The notes below the pieces were generated by a model. The model searched no databases. It saw only the letters and a list, made by a program, of their open reading frames with translations, and was not told the DNA's origin. The position numbers and the translations under genes were made by a program. A DNA stretch of 64,000 nt from Mytilus edulis (Eukaryota), in contig NC_092346.1 in NCBI RefSeq assembly GCF_963676685.1, forward strand, positions 103,478,001-103,542,000, in the 5' to 3' direction. This document shows positions 39,901-53,496 of the stretch, one piece after another (within the stretch, counting starts at the first letter, position 1; each line of letters opens with the position of its first letter).

Positions 39901-42844
39901 ATATTGCAAAACACAATTTATAGTTGTGGGATTTCTTCCACTTATGATTTTAATGTTTCCTTTATAGAGATTTGAAGAAAATTTTGTCCTCCATATGCAA
40001 CGTCATCAGACATGGTTGCCTTTTTTCATGACCTCATGATAGGAAACTTGAAAGAAACAGAAAATTTTACCTCATTATTAAATTTCGAACAAGTACAGAT
40101 TTTTCACTACATGATATCAAGAAATGTGAAAATTAGAGCAGTGTCATGTAGTATAAGTATACTTCACATGAAACCTCAAGTTTATAGTTCCTAAGAAAAT
40201 GTGACCAAATTTTGTGGGTCAAAAGGATATCACAAGTTTAGCTATATAACATGAAAAACTTGAAACATATTTAAGAGTCAAATAAAAGGCATGCTTCCAA
40301 GAATATAGTCATATTTGTAACATGTACTATAAATATCCTCAAGGACAATATTATATAATGGACAAACTTACCTGTAATTTCTATAGGACAATATTATATA
40401 ATGGACAAACTTACCTGTAATTTCTATAGGACAATATTATATAATGGAAAAACTTACCTGTAATTTCTATAGGACAATATTATATAATGGACAAACTTAC
40501 CTGTAATTTCTATAGGACAATATTATATAATGGACAAACTTACCTGTAATTTCTATAATTGTTCTACTTCTGTTTATGTCACATTGCTATGTTGTAATGA
40601 CTTTAATATATAGACAGAATTCTTAAACCCATGTTTATTTTAAGAAGATTATTTTAGGATTAAGTTAAGTTTACCAACATTTATAGGTAGTATACACTAA
40701 CTAACACAGAAATCCGTGACTGGATTTAAAGCTTTTCACTTCAACCTTAGATAATTTAACCAATTACTCAATGTATAGACATTGAAATAACTAATAACAG
40801 AATTTCCTGATTTTAAATATATCTTCATTATTTTTTAAAATCTAATTCTTATCTATGTTTTACTTTTTTACTAAAAAAAAGGGAACTGGGAAGGTACCGT
40901 AGGGTCTCAAATCTGACTATTGTTCAATTTTCATTTAATTTCCTACACATAAGGAATTTTGCAGTATGCAAATACTACTCAAACCAAAGGAGGAGGAATG
41001 ATAAGAACCATCATTTGGTCAGGGAAATCGCAAAGATAGTAAACTCACTTCAGCCTTCAAAATTGTTATAGATGAACAGGCTAATTTAATCTGGACATTT
41101 TAGTGCAGAAAGAGATCGCATGTTACGTTACTAAGAAGTCTGGAAATTTATTTATTTGATCTAAAATAGTCATTTCACCCATAGATTTAGGTCAAAGTAA
41201 TATACATATGAGCATTAGCTTTACCCATTAAGATATTTTACACACATTAACATCCTTGTAAAACATATTTTGGGTGAAAAGTTGTTGCTCATAATTAAAT
41301 ATTAATGACAAGACCTCAAAATAAGGCAAGTTTTTTGTCAGTATTTGCCGTTCAGCCCTAAATGTATGAAGATTGAAGCCCTTATGTCAATATGTAAGAC
41401 AAAATTCAAAAATATAATGTCCGACAGACTAATGTCTTATAAATATATGATGGGTTTTATTTGTTAGAATTGTAATGATTTTTTATTTTTTTTGAAATTT
41501 AAAGAGCTTAAATAAGTGGCCCTGTCATACCTTTATTGGCTTTAATATGAGTTGTCTAATATTTAAAACTAAGCTTAATTACCTATATTGACTTGCTGTA
41601 ATAGTTTTGCTGCATCAAAAGCAGCTTGGTAATCCTGTCTTGTCACATGGTTTAGTAGTTCTTCCACTTCAGTCACAAGCTTGGAAACAATGGATACATC
41701 AATCAATGTGGGAGGACGCTACATAATATAATAATAACATAAATGTCAATACAAATTAATGGAGGAATGATTTAAAGCAATATTTTTCTCATCATACCTT
41801 TGGTTCAGTTTCCAAACTTTTCCATTATAAAAAAGAAGATGTGGTATGATTGCCAATGAGACAACTATCCACAAAAGACCAAAATGATTAGTATTGTCTA
41901 AAACTGTGTGTACAAGAAAACTAGTTACTTTTTTGTGTACATTTGCTTCCAATACAGAGTTCGCGAAAACTTTGTTTGACCTGTCGGTTATTGGACCGAC
42001 AAAGAAAGATTATTTGTCAGTCCTACAAAATTTTAGCCAGTCCTAAAAAAATCTGTCAATTTGATCCTAAAATAAAAATAATAACATATTTTATTCAAAA
42101 GTAACTTTATTATTATTCGTTTTATTTTTCACAGCCACGGACAAATTATTATGAAGGACCAGTTCTGATCTTCTGATTGTTCTTAATTAAAGTCATTTTC
42201 TTTATCCATTTCATCATCATCTGAATCATTTTTTCAGTATTTGTTATCTCCATTTAAGATTTCAATTGCCGATTGTTAGCCATGAACAAATTTAGCAGGC
42301 CACGTGTAGATCGGCACTTTGGCTTCCATAGGTTTCAGTTTGTTTATAACAGGAAACCAGTACCGGAAATTAGTAGCAGGTACATCTGAAGACCGATGTT
42401 AACACATATTGGAATTAGTTGCGGTACAACTAATTACCGATAAAAAAGGCACTGACTGCAACGGCCGTTTTACATCGGTCATCAGGACCGGCACTAGCTT
42501 TCAAAATACTGGTCTGAGCCTCATTTTGACCGATAGGACCGACAGGACCGACCATTTTCGCGAACTCTGCCAATAATCATTATCTTTAAAAAATATTGGT
42601 ATCTATTGTTATGCATATGAAGATATTTGTCTAAGAAACATGTATATTTACTACATACTAATTGGTTTACCTTTTCATTGAACTCATCTGCATCATAGAA
42701 TTCGTCATCGCTATCCTCCTCTTCATTATCCGTGTCCTCCTGATGATCATCGTCTTCATAATCCTTCAGATTGAGAGGCTCAATGATCTCTATTTTACCT
42801 TCATACTGCTGCAGTAAACTATCTGTGGAGTTGGAATTACCCAT
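33410..42844 (-). CDS. BIVM: Basic immunoglobulin-like variable motif-containing protein (BIVM orthologue), 9 coding exons, ~634 aa
   Basis: Exons 42844-42671, 41718-41583, 39734-39267, 38774-38669, 36990-36895, 36212-36108, 35245-35018, 34270-34187, 33917-33410; all GT-AG with compatible phases (1905 nt). Motifs [71 protein letters not shown] match my recollection of vertebrate BIVM. Confidence 0.92.
34187..34270 (-). CDS. BIVM: BIVM coding exon 8
   Basis: [27 protein letters not shown]; AG/GT bounded. Confidence 0.9.
35018..35245 (-). CDS. BIVM: BIVM coding exon 7
   Basis: [13 protein letters not shown]...[17 protein letters not shown]. Confidence 0.93.
36108..36212 (-). CDS. BIVM: BIVM coding exon 6
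   Basis: [34 protein letters not shown]. Confidence 0.92.
36531..36731. mobile_element. TA-flanked MITE (Tc1/mariner-type TSD) in a BIVM intron
   Basis: TA|CTGTAAACCAACTTATTTTCGCG ... CGCGAAAATAAGTTGGTTTACAG|TA. Confidence 0.85.
36895..36990 (-). CDS. BIVM: BIVM coding exon 5
   Basis: [31 protein letters not shown]. Confidence 0.92.
37271..38585. mobile_element. HINE/DINE-1-like element, copy 2, with ~6 core repeats of 160 bp
   Basis: Same ends as 12273-13670; core period 160 (37581, 37741); (GGAC)n. Confidence 0.85.
38669..38774 (-). CDS. BIVM: BIVM coding exon 4
   Basis: [34 protein letters not shown]. Confidence 0.85.
39267..39734 (-). CDS. BIVM: BIVM coding exon 3
   Basis: 468-nt phase 1-1 exon containing LVWDVD. 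Confidence 0.82.
40343..40557. repeat. 43-bp minisatellite, 5 copies, each containing a minus-strand CAG|GTAAGT donor consensus
   Basis: ggacaatattatataatggacaaacttacctgtaatttctata. Confidence 0.9.
41583..41718 (-). CDS. BIVM: BIVM coding exon 2
   Basis: [45 protein letters not shown]; phase 0-1. Confidence 0.75.
41955..42569. mobile_element. Non-autonomous hAT-like element with 6-bp TSD
   Basis: CCAATA|CAGAGTTCGCGAAAA ... TTTTCGCGAACTCTG|CCAATA. Confidence 0.8.
42671..42844 (-). CDS. BIVM: BIVM first coding exon
   Basis: Acceptor ttgacag| 6 nt before the ATG; MGNSNS...acidic tract...EK|gtaaac. Confidence 0.75.
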
Positions 42845-44802
42845 GTCAGTCTGTCAAAAAATTATAACAGGTTATTAATACGAGTTACTAATATCTTTTC
42901 TCTGAAATAAGTTGAACTTTTTGCCCTTGTAGAAAAGTACAACTTGTTAAAAGAACATTTTTGTAGAATGCAGTACACTTTAAAATATATCATACATGCA
43001 TATTTTTTCTAAAACTAAGAAATATTGCCATATCTTATTTGCCTGAAACTTTATAAATACACTTTTTAATAAAAACTGCATAAAATATTTTTGACAGAAA
43101 CTACCCAATTCCCCCATCCCTTAATTTATCAGAAAGCCTACCTCCTCAACCTCCTTAATACACGCCAAACCACATGCCATATTATAAACCAGAAAGTTTT
43201 AAACTTCTTTTTCTTACTATAAACATGTACATAAAATGACTAATTCTACCAAGCTGACACTGAGTCGACATCTGTTGACAGAATTATATGTATGGAAGAA
43301 TGTGATAGATGTGTTTTATTCAGATATTACTAATTCTGATCAAACATGTACTCATCAATAAATACATGTAGTTTTTTATCAATTAAAAATATCAATGTTT
43401 CCAAACAAATATGTGTTGCATCTTTAAATTCTAAGGACACTTTCATTGGAGCTTTTTTTTTCATTTTTAATAGCTCCTATTAATTACAATTATCTTCAAA
43501 TTCTAGAAAATCAGATAAAAAAGATACAATTTGAATTACCTTTTCTATTTAAGGATATATATTTTTAATATGGTAGAACAAATTTTCTTGTAAAAACTAA
43601 AGCAATGAAGTAGGGATTGTTAATCCCATGTATGGGCCCCATATAATTTTCGAAAACTATTTTTATTTAGATACCAACAAGAAATTCATTTTTGCATGGA
43701 AAATATAAAATGGTCTCATCAAAATCTCACCAATAAGGACTTTATACTTTACCAACATGAGTCACTGTGACCTTCAAATGTATTGAAATCAAATTATAAG
43801 ATTACCATTATCTTAAACCAGAGATATCCAGGCCAACTTCAGACATTGCAGAAATTTAAACAGAAATGACTTTATTGCCACAAAATATGTATGTGGTCAT
43901 TTGTGGTGTAGCCTTATTTTCAGTGACCCATCTAAAATGACTCTTAGAACATAAATAAGTGCTAGTTTTCACATTTTTTCTTGAACATACCATCATTCTG
44001 AACTTGATTCTGAGGCAGTTACCTGCCCTACCCCCATTTTAATGAAGCTACATATATGATAAATGCAGAGACTTTTTACAAGTATCAATCCAAACTTAAG
44101 CTATCGAGGGCCCAGGCCTCTCTTTTTCTCAAAACCCTCGATCTACACCTGTTATTTCTGATTCAAGAAACGTTGGAGGAATAAACAATAATATAGTAAC
44201 AATACAGGATGTTATATAGAATACTAAAGTGTCCCAAAGTACACTATCAAACTATTGTATTTTGTAATTTAATACTCTACAAAACTAAACTAAAGATTTT
44301 TAAATATGTACTTATTTTTTATGTTAAAATACCCATTAAAATTTGACAACTTGTATACAAAAGTAAACAAAGGTAAACACAAGGAGGGTTGAAATATTAA
44401 AACCAAAGGTGTCAGATAATTCATGCTTACCAAGTGGCCATAAACTTACTTCATGGGTGGTTGATCTGATTGTAAACATTTTTATGTTCAATTCAAAATT
44501 TAAAGGCTCTTAATTCTATTCATGTTACGACTTTTCAACTGACAAGTGGAGCACAAATTCGTTTTTTATTTAAAAATAAATCTGTTCAACTATTTAAAAA
44601 ATTCATCAATTCATTCGTAGGTCAAATGCAGGTCTTGAGTTTTTTATAGTTATTCTACTCCTGATATGTAAATTTCTAATGAACTGCAATTAAACCATAC
44701 TTTTATATATTGATACATTTCTAACCAATGCATTGCTTTTGGTCTAGTAAATAAAGATAATTAAATAAGCATCTCTTTTTTCAGAGATTCAAAGAATGTT
44801 TA

Positions 44803-44913
44803 CCTTACAACTGTACTTTTTGTACAGGTATCTTAGTCTGTTGAGAGATTTACTGCCCTTCATTCATTATTGTAGGCATATCACATTTTCCATTGGGCTG
44901 TTTTCGGATAAAT
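44803..44913 (-). other. Probable BIVM 5' UTR exon
   Basis: tttttgcag| ... aag|gtaaac. Confidence 0.35.
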
Positions 44914-45990
44914 CTGCAAAAAAACTTTGGCATTACAAATTACATTGTTGATTCAGAGTATAAATCTTATTATTGAATAATAGGACCATTTTATATAACA
45001 AAAAATCAATTTAATGAAAAAGTTTACACTTTACATCTGAATTTTGTTTTTAATGCATTATCACCATGCTATCATTAAAATGGCAGAATACCAAATACCT
45101 GACACATTAACCTAAAATAAATTATATCTTAAATATATATCATGGTTAAAACATACATATATACCGAGTAGAAAAACATTTTAAATATATCTCATGGTTA
45201 AAACATACATTTATACTGAATAGATTGACAATCTTTCAAATATATATATTTTCATGCAGACAATTATTTAACAGATCAATTTTATATACTTGGTCTCAAT
45301 TGATTATTTGTTTTTTAACTTGATAACATGTATTTTTGGTTGTCACATTTTCAAAATGTTAATCAAGCATTAATTTTATTTCTGTATACTAATATAACTA
45401 GTAAGTTTTTCATGTTTCTTCAGCAAATTTCTTTTAAAAACAAACAAATGCTCTCAAAACTCCCTGCCTCAGAAGAAACATGTGAAAAGCAAATATTTGG
45501 ATCTAAATACAAAACTATAGACTTGTAAAGGTTAATTATTCCCATGCTGTGATCTCAAAACGAAGCATATCCATACATGAAAATTATTACAGTTAATCAT
45601 TTCTTTTAAACAAATGTGTCGTCTTAAGCAGCTGTTTGAACTCTCTCTTAAGGGCATACAATACAGTTACAGGGGAGGTATGTAATGACGTTGCTAACGT
45701 AAATTGTTATTTTTCGCGAAATCAAACTACGACTGATTTTTATCATTCAAACTTATCTAACTCTTTTTTAAAATGCCATTTGGTTCGATACGTAAGACGT
45801 TTTAAAATGTGTATAAATTCTCATGAAAACGTAAATAGTGCAATTTTTTTCAATTAGATAAATATACAGCAAAAATTTTTTTATTTTTTTTACATTCGTG
45901 AACATTTGATAAATTTGAGTTATTAGAAAAAACAAATTGCACAAATTTAAACTACATTTATATAAAACAGAATTAACAAATAATTTAACA

Positions 45991-47955
45991 AACTAGAGGC
46001 TCTAAAGAGCCTGTGTCGCTCACCTTGGTCTATGTGAATATTAAACAAAGGAAGCAGATGGATTCATGACAAAATTGTTTTTTGGTGATGGTGATGTGAT
46101 GTACATCTTACTTTACTGAACATTCTTGCTGCTTACAATTATCTCTATCTATAATGAACTTGGCCCAGTAGTTTCAGTGGAAAATGTTAGTAAAATTTTA
46201 CAAATTTTATGAAAAATTGTTAAAAATTGACTATAAAGGACAATAACTCCTTAAGGGGTCAATTGACCATTGCAGTCATCTAGACTTATTTGTAAATCTT
46301 ACTTTGCTAAATATTATTGCTGTTTACAGTTTATCTCTATCTATAATAATATTCAAGATAATAACCAAAAACAGCCAAATTTCCTTAAAATTATCAATTC
46401 AGGGGTAGCAACCCAACAAAGGGGTTGTCTGATTCATCTGAAAATTTCAGGGCAGATAGATCTTGACCTGATAAACAATTTTATCCATGTTTATGAACAT
46501 TATTGCTCTTTACAGTTTATCTCTATCTATAATAATATTCAAGATAATAACCAACCAGGTGCTCTGCATGGCGCAGCTTTATACGACCCCAGTGGTCGAA
46601 CCCTGAACAGTTGGGGCAAATTTGGTTACAATATTCAAGCTTGATACCGTCTGAATTTTGATTGTGATCAAATTTTTGACATAATATAGGTTTTTGCCAC
46701 AAAATTAATGTGGTTCAAGATCTAACACATCTATTGCACAATACTGTGCAATTGAATATTTCTTATTGAAACTTTTCAAAATTTGAAATTTGAAAAATGA
46801 AAAAAAAAAATCCCTTACAAAAAATGGTAAACTGAGATCCCCCCCCCAAATTTATTGAAACCCCCCCTTGGAGCAATAACCCTTGAACTCAATCCAATGC
46901 TTTCCTTTGTAATATTGAACCATGTAGTACGATTTCAGAGAGATCCATACACTTAAACACAAGTTATTGTCATTATTGTTTGGAAACTAGAAACATGCTT
47001 CTTTTTGGCCCTTTTTTGGCCCTTAATTCCTACATATTTTGGACAATTACCCCAAAACTAATTCCCAGCCTCCCCTTTGTTATATAGTACATTGTGGTAC
47101 AATTTAAGAGCGATCCATGCAATTACACACAAGGTATTGTATGGAAACTAGAAAAATGCTTGTTTTGGCCCCTTTTTGGCCCTTAATTCCTAAACTTTGG
47201 CCCCATAACCCCTTAAATGAATCCAAACCTTCTACTTGTGATTTTAAACATTGCAGTATACTTTCAGTGCAATTGAAATACTGGTAAACAAGTTATTATC
47301 CTGAAACTAGAAAAATGCTTGTTTTGGCCCCTTTTGGGCCCCTAATTCCTAAACGGTTCAGACCATCATCCCCAAAATAATTCCCAACCTTCCTTTTGTG
47401 GTATTGAACCTTCTGAAAAAATTTCATTAAGATCTATTTACTTAAACTAAAGTTATTATCCGGAAACCAAAGTGTCTTCGGACGACGACGACAACGACGC
47501 ATACGACGACATCATACCATTATACGAACCCAAATTTTTTTTGGGGTCGTATAAAAACAGTAAAATTTCCTTAAAATTACCAATTTAGGGGCAGCAATCC
47601 AACAATGAGTTGTCCGATTCATCTGGAAATTTCAGGGCAGATAGATCTTGACCTGATAAACAATTTTACCTCATGTCAGATTTGCTCTAAATGCTTTGGT
47701 TTTTGAGTTATAAGCCAAAAACTGCTTTTTACCCCTATGTTCTATTTTTAGCCATGGCAGCCATCTTGGTTGGTTGGCAGGGTCACCGGACACATTTTTT
47801 AAACTAGATACCCAAATGATGATTGTGGCAAAGTTTGGTTAAATTTGGCCCAGTAGTTTCAGAGGAGAAGATTTTTGTAAAAGTTAACGACGACGGACAC
47901 CGGACGCAAAGTGATGGGAAAAGCTCACTTGGCCCTTTGGGCCAGGTGAGCTAAA
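45991..47955. mobile_element. HINE-type element, family B
   Basis: aactagaggctctaaagagcc...gctcacttggccctttgggccaggtgagctaaaaa; second copy from 62915. Confidence 0.8.
46553..47555. mobile_element. HINE-type element, family C, nested in family B
   Basis: aaccaggtgc...tttatacgacccc / ggggtcgtataaaaa; (GAC)n tract; host reads gataataacca|aaaacag across it. Confidence 0.75.
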
Positions 47956-48620
47956 AACAGCTGGTGTTTATCTTTTAAAACAAAAAAGTTATGTATTTCT
48001 GTCGAAAGGTAAAATACATCCACATATCCAAATTTTGAGCATATATATAAAAATTTCGACCTCATTTTACTCAAAAAGTAGCACATGAAGGTATATTTTT
48101 TATTACATATTTGAATTAATCAGGCAAAAAATAGCCTATAGGCAAATTGTCAATATAGGATAAAACTGTATCATAGGCCCTTTTAAAGTATTGCAAGGGA
48201 TATGGCTGTGCCTTGCTAAAAAGTATATTATTTAAAGATCTTATTCTAGCAGAATTTGGTTACTCATGAAGCCTAAATAACAGCCAAAGTAAACTTGTAA
48301 ATGAGAATACTTATGTTTTTGGATAATTGAGAGTTTACTTGTTTTTCTATATTTGAAAAGTGTAGGAAATTGACTTTGAAACCTGTGTTCAGCTTGTACT
48401 AAATTTCATTCAATTACTTCCACAGGCATAAGATACTGATGAAATACTATCAAAGTTTTTTATGGGATTGACAGTTTTTTTAACAACTAAAGGATGTTTA
48501 AAATAATTGGCATATTTATAATACTTTTTCATTTTCGAATTCAGGGGCCAATTTGCCTCATCATTTGTTGACCTCTTTCTTTACCAGAGTAATTCAAGAA
48601 AGAAAAGCAGTTCATTGTTA

Positions 48621-49209
48621 ATCAAAGGAGTAAGTTCGGTAAGTGCCATATTTGGCCCCGATTATAAAGTTCATGGTTACAAGACAATAATTGTTTTAAG
48701 TTGCCTTAAAGACATGTGAAAAAGTTAAACAGAGCTGTTTTTGTCAAAGTTTAATTATAACACAACAATTTTTACATTCCAAAACGGTCAAGATAAGGGA
48801 TTTTGGTGAAATTTGACAAAATCAGCGGGATTTCAACCAAATAAAGGACCAGGAAACATAGAACGCAGGCGTCGACAAGCTTAATATTCAAATAAGACAT
48901 GTTAAGTGTCTTCACAAACATTATTTTAAAAGATCTTTGTTGTCGACGTATGCGCTCTATGTTTCCTGTCAAATAATCTTTGGAAATTTACCCATTTTCA
49001 TTGATTTTTTCGTGAAAAATCAATATGAGTACAACTTGTGACGTCATAATGAAACGCAGAAACGTAAAATCTTAAACAAAATGGCTTATATCCTATCTAG
49101 TCAATGTATTAGCTATAATTTATCGTGATATTGGTCAATAAATCCGAATTTGAAATTTACGCTAAAAAAGTGGGCCATTTTAGGACCTTATCGAACATAC
49201 TCCTTTGAT
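48621..49209. mobile_element. Non-autonomous TIR element related to 6558-7141
   Basis: ATCAAAGGAGTAAGTTCGGTAAG / CTTATCGAACATACTCCTTTGAT; internal IR aggaaacataga...gtcgacaa / ttgtcgac...tctatgtttcct. Confidence 0.75.
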
Positions 49210-50310
49210 GAAATTTGTGGGAAAATAAATTCAAGATTGCAATGGTCAAATACTAGTATTAAATATAAAGGCAAGAAACATTAAAACAGTTGTTTCACTT
49301 ACTTTCATTTCAAATACAAACACATTGAACATTAAACAAATTCAACATAACTCTTTTCTTCCAATATATATATTTATCATTTCCTCACTATCTCTGACTT
49401 AAAGGATTATTTTTACTAGCTTTTAAGTTCCAAGTTTAATATCAATGCTAACCCAGTAGAAAATGAAAAATAAATCCCAAAATATTTTAATTTGAAACAT
49501 TCACAACTACAGAAACATAATTCATGTCATAAAATATGCAAATTCTGTATCAGATCTGACAGCTCAGGTGAAACAGGAACATAAAAAGTGCAAATAAGGC
49601 AAAAATACTGACCTTAAAATTTGATAAACAAACTGTAAGCAAGCTGTTACAGAAATGATAGTATCTGAGTTATACTATTTAAATTATCAAGTTACTTGAT
49701 ACAATGTACATTAAAGATCTTACAAAATATCCATTCTATCCAATATTTACACGCTATATAGTATTTCTTCCCACAATATAAACATCAGTAATCATATTCC
49801 TATATTGATATAGGTACAAAAGCTACTTAATAGAGTATTAAACATAAGTAAACAAAGTTTCCAGATTTTCAATACCTGTAGAATGTCCTAATAGTTTAAT
49901 AAGGTGTTAACAAAGTTTCTGTGTTACCTGATAAACATCCATGTGTTGTCTCTCAGAAATCCTTTTAAACTATTGTTTACATGTTAATTATTTCATGTGC
50001 TTATTTAAACTGAAGGTGGATTACATGCAAAAAAGATTTGAACTGAAAATACAAATGTATAGTCTATTTCTTCTTTACCTACATAGATCAATACTTATAT
50101 GGGTCATTTTCATATTCATCTACAAAAGCTTCTTTTTCTTCTTGCTCACACTGACTTTAACTTCTAACACCATATTTAGTTGAAATATGAGGTGTTACAC
50201 ACAAACCTAAAAAAGATTTCAAATATATAAGCTTATTACTGATTATATCTTGTAATACCCCTTAATTAAAAATTCAGTTACCATGATAATGAACTAGATG
50301 TTAAACTTAA

Positions 50311-50606
50311 TCCTTTCCTCCATAATGACGCTTTTTGACGCCACCACCTTTACTCCATAATGACGCCTTTTGACGCCTGTGTAGTACTTCAGTTGAAACG
50401 CTTTGACTACAAAATGTCTGCATCAAACTTTTAAAAAATTGTATCTAATATGAAAAGAAAATTCATGAGAATATCTGACTTGAATTTCATTGATGAAATA
50501 TTCGTTTTTGTAATGCATTAATACTTTAAACCTGGTAATTTTTTTTTATTGAAAAAATCCTATGCGAATCAAGTATCTAAAAAAAAAATCTCCATGGAGT
50601 AAAGGG
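50311..50606. mobile_element. piggyBac-like MITE
   Basis: TTAA|TCCTTTCCTCCAT ... ATGGAGTAAAGGG|TTAA. Confidence 0.65.
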
Positions 50607-53496
50607 TTAAAGCATGTATAAAGTCCTTTATTTTATACGTGTTGACAAGTAACCTTATTTTTCTATTACACTTAAAAAACATTCTTCTAATGGAGTTATT
50701 TGTCGGTCCAATATGAACGTGTTTATTTATAACCCTACAATTTTAAACTATTTTAAAATACTGGGAAAAGAAGTACAGTCAAATGAGGATACCTGTAAGA
50801 AAAGTCCACCCTCTAGACCAGACAAAATTATCTTAAAAGAAACAGTACTTTAGTTTACTTTTTTTAAGAAATGCTCGCATGTCTGACAACATCATGGAGT
50901 CTTCCTTTTCAAAAACTGGATGAAAAAAAGTTGTCATCAATCAGGCTGATTGTCTTTTTTCTCGTTTGTATTGTTTCACATTTTTTCATTTAAGAGCCTG
51001 ACTATATTGCCATGATTATGGGTTTTCATCTGTAATAGCCTTGAGTTGCTAACTTCAATTATATTTGAACTACAGCTTTCTCATTGGCAATCATACTTCA
51101 TCTTTTTATTCTTGAACTGAAATTTTAAGATTTGAAGTAAAAATAAATTGTAATTAAATAACTAAGAAACTGCAAATAATTGATGAATCTGAAGTGGACT
51201 TTTAGTTTAAACAATCATAGATGGCTCATTGGCAATCATACCACATCCTCTTTTTCATGTATAGATGACCAATATTAATATTTTGTTATTCAAACAAACC
51301 TACTCTGTTAAGATGACTCTTACCAGAGGTGGATCCAGAACTTTTTATAAGGAGAGGGTGCAGTTGACAGACCTAAAAGGGGGGGGGGGGGGGGGCTCCA
51401 GTCGTTCTTCAGCGAGTCCCAATATAATATACCATATTTTTTCCAGGCCGCCACCCTGGATCCACCTATGTTACAAAGGTAATTCACTTGACCAATATAT
51501 ATTTGTTTTTTAGTAGATGTGAATTTTGAATATTTATCAAATCAACATGAAGCATTAAATTATAAAATACAAAAATAATGCATTTAGAGGTGTGAACATG
51601 TATTTCATTATTTCAGATTATGCAGTGGACATATTTGAGCTGTACCCATGGCTGATTTGTTACTCACAGTGAAATTGCTACCAATTCTGAGATTTTTTTC
51701 TCTCAAAGCACTTTAAGCATTAGGAACAACAAAAAATAGTTGCCTCTGATTTAATTATATCATTAGGTCTTTCGTCCTTAGGTGTTGTAAAGGTCTATGA
51801 CTTTTCAGTGAAAATTATTAATTTGAGACCCTAGATAGTTTAAAGGACCAATCATCTTTTTTCAAGGTGGGGGTTATGTCTTTTTTCTAAAAAAAATATT
51901 CTGATCCGGGCCACAATTAAAAATATTTTGGTTTGCCCAAACCCTACCCAAGGTTGAGACAGTGGGTAGGTAGGTACATTTAGGCATTTTTTTTTTTTTT
52001 TAATTTAAGAAATTTACGTATCGGATGTTTATTAGTCTTCATGCCTATCTGATTTAAAAAAAAATTCTTCAAATCAGGACAATAAAAGAATATGAGTAGG
52101 CAGCTTTTTTCTGGGTAGGTTTGTTTGCCTAGGTAGGTTTGGGCAAACAAACCTATTCTTTTTTTATGGCCCCGTGTTGTTACTCTTAATTTCACATGCT
52201 TGTCCTGAATGTGATAAAACTGCAAATATGGACAAATTCAAAGTCACCACGGATGCTGCATGTTTGTACCTACTGAAACAGGGGAAAAAACAGTCGCCCA
52301 AGGCGACCAGAAATTGACCTGGGCGATCTTTTTACTCAGTTGTGGTAGCCCAGGTGGCGAATTGAAAACAAGTTCTTGACTGACTGAAATTCGCCATTTA
52401 CCGTGACTCCAAGAACTGGCTACTTCACGGACAAAAAATTAAATTCAAAAAGAAAAATCTTTTTAAAATGTATTGCATCAAAGTCGCGGTCGCCAAATGA
52501 GGATGTCAAATCAGTGTTTACCTGTGATTAAATATAGTTCACGTTAATTCAGGTCACTGATTGGTCGTCTATTTAAAGTCAGAATGTATCGTATGCTTGC
52601 AAGGATAACAAGAGAGGTGTGCCGATGGTCATTAACAATATGAAGCATTCACGGATTTGGCTTCAAGAAAGCGAAGAAAGTCAGTGAAGATGACAATAGC
52701 ATGTCATGAAGTAATATCAGTCAAATAAAAGAAAGTATGATATACATGTATATAATGCTGTTAAGAATCTGGAAAACAGTACCTTTTTGTAGTTACATTT
52801 TCAAAGCCCAAGTGGTGTACACAGAATGAAGGTCAAAAACGAAAGTAGAGTATTGTCGACCACAATAAATAACATTTATAGTTAAAAACGATTTTTGTTT
52901 CTTACTAACTGAACAGTTTACAAAAAAAAAAGAAAATCAGAGAAGATATCAAGTTCATGGCAACGCTTTTGGAATACACGAGTTAATTTTGACCCCTGTC
53001 AGAAACCTGCATGTGTTATGATAAATCTAATAGAATTTTGATTTCTACTTTTTTAATTGTATTGTTTATGTATGGTATGTAATATAATCCCTCAAATTAC
53101 TATGAATAATATTTTTTTTCAAATCTGATGCTACTAGCAGGGACGCTTAAGGTGACTGCACAGGTCTTCATGTCCATTGATAATGATTGCATGGTCTTCA
53201 AGAACTGCTGAGTAATAACTTTTAGTCACTTTTTCCTTTGTTTCTCATGCTTCGTTTTCCCCCCAATATTTATTTTCCGAGCAACACTTTTGTTGCGAAT
53301 TTGTTCACGTTTTGTATTCACATACCCGGGGTCACCCCCCATTACCACCCTCTTAAATACTGTGAGGAAGATCTTTGGAGACATAGAAATTTAGTTCATA
53401 TGTCTGCTTTTTTTCTATGGCAAGAATTATAGTCTGTTTTGTTTACACTGTTCCAGGTTTGGTGTTCATGTTTTTCAATCGTTTAGCCAAATTTAA

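Larger units (their letters stand above)
45652..48180. mobile_element. TIR element hosting two nested HINEs
   Basis: GGGCATACAATACAGTT / AACTGTATCATAGGCCC (imperfect). Confidence 0.55.
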
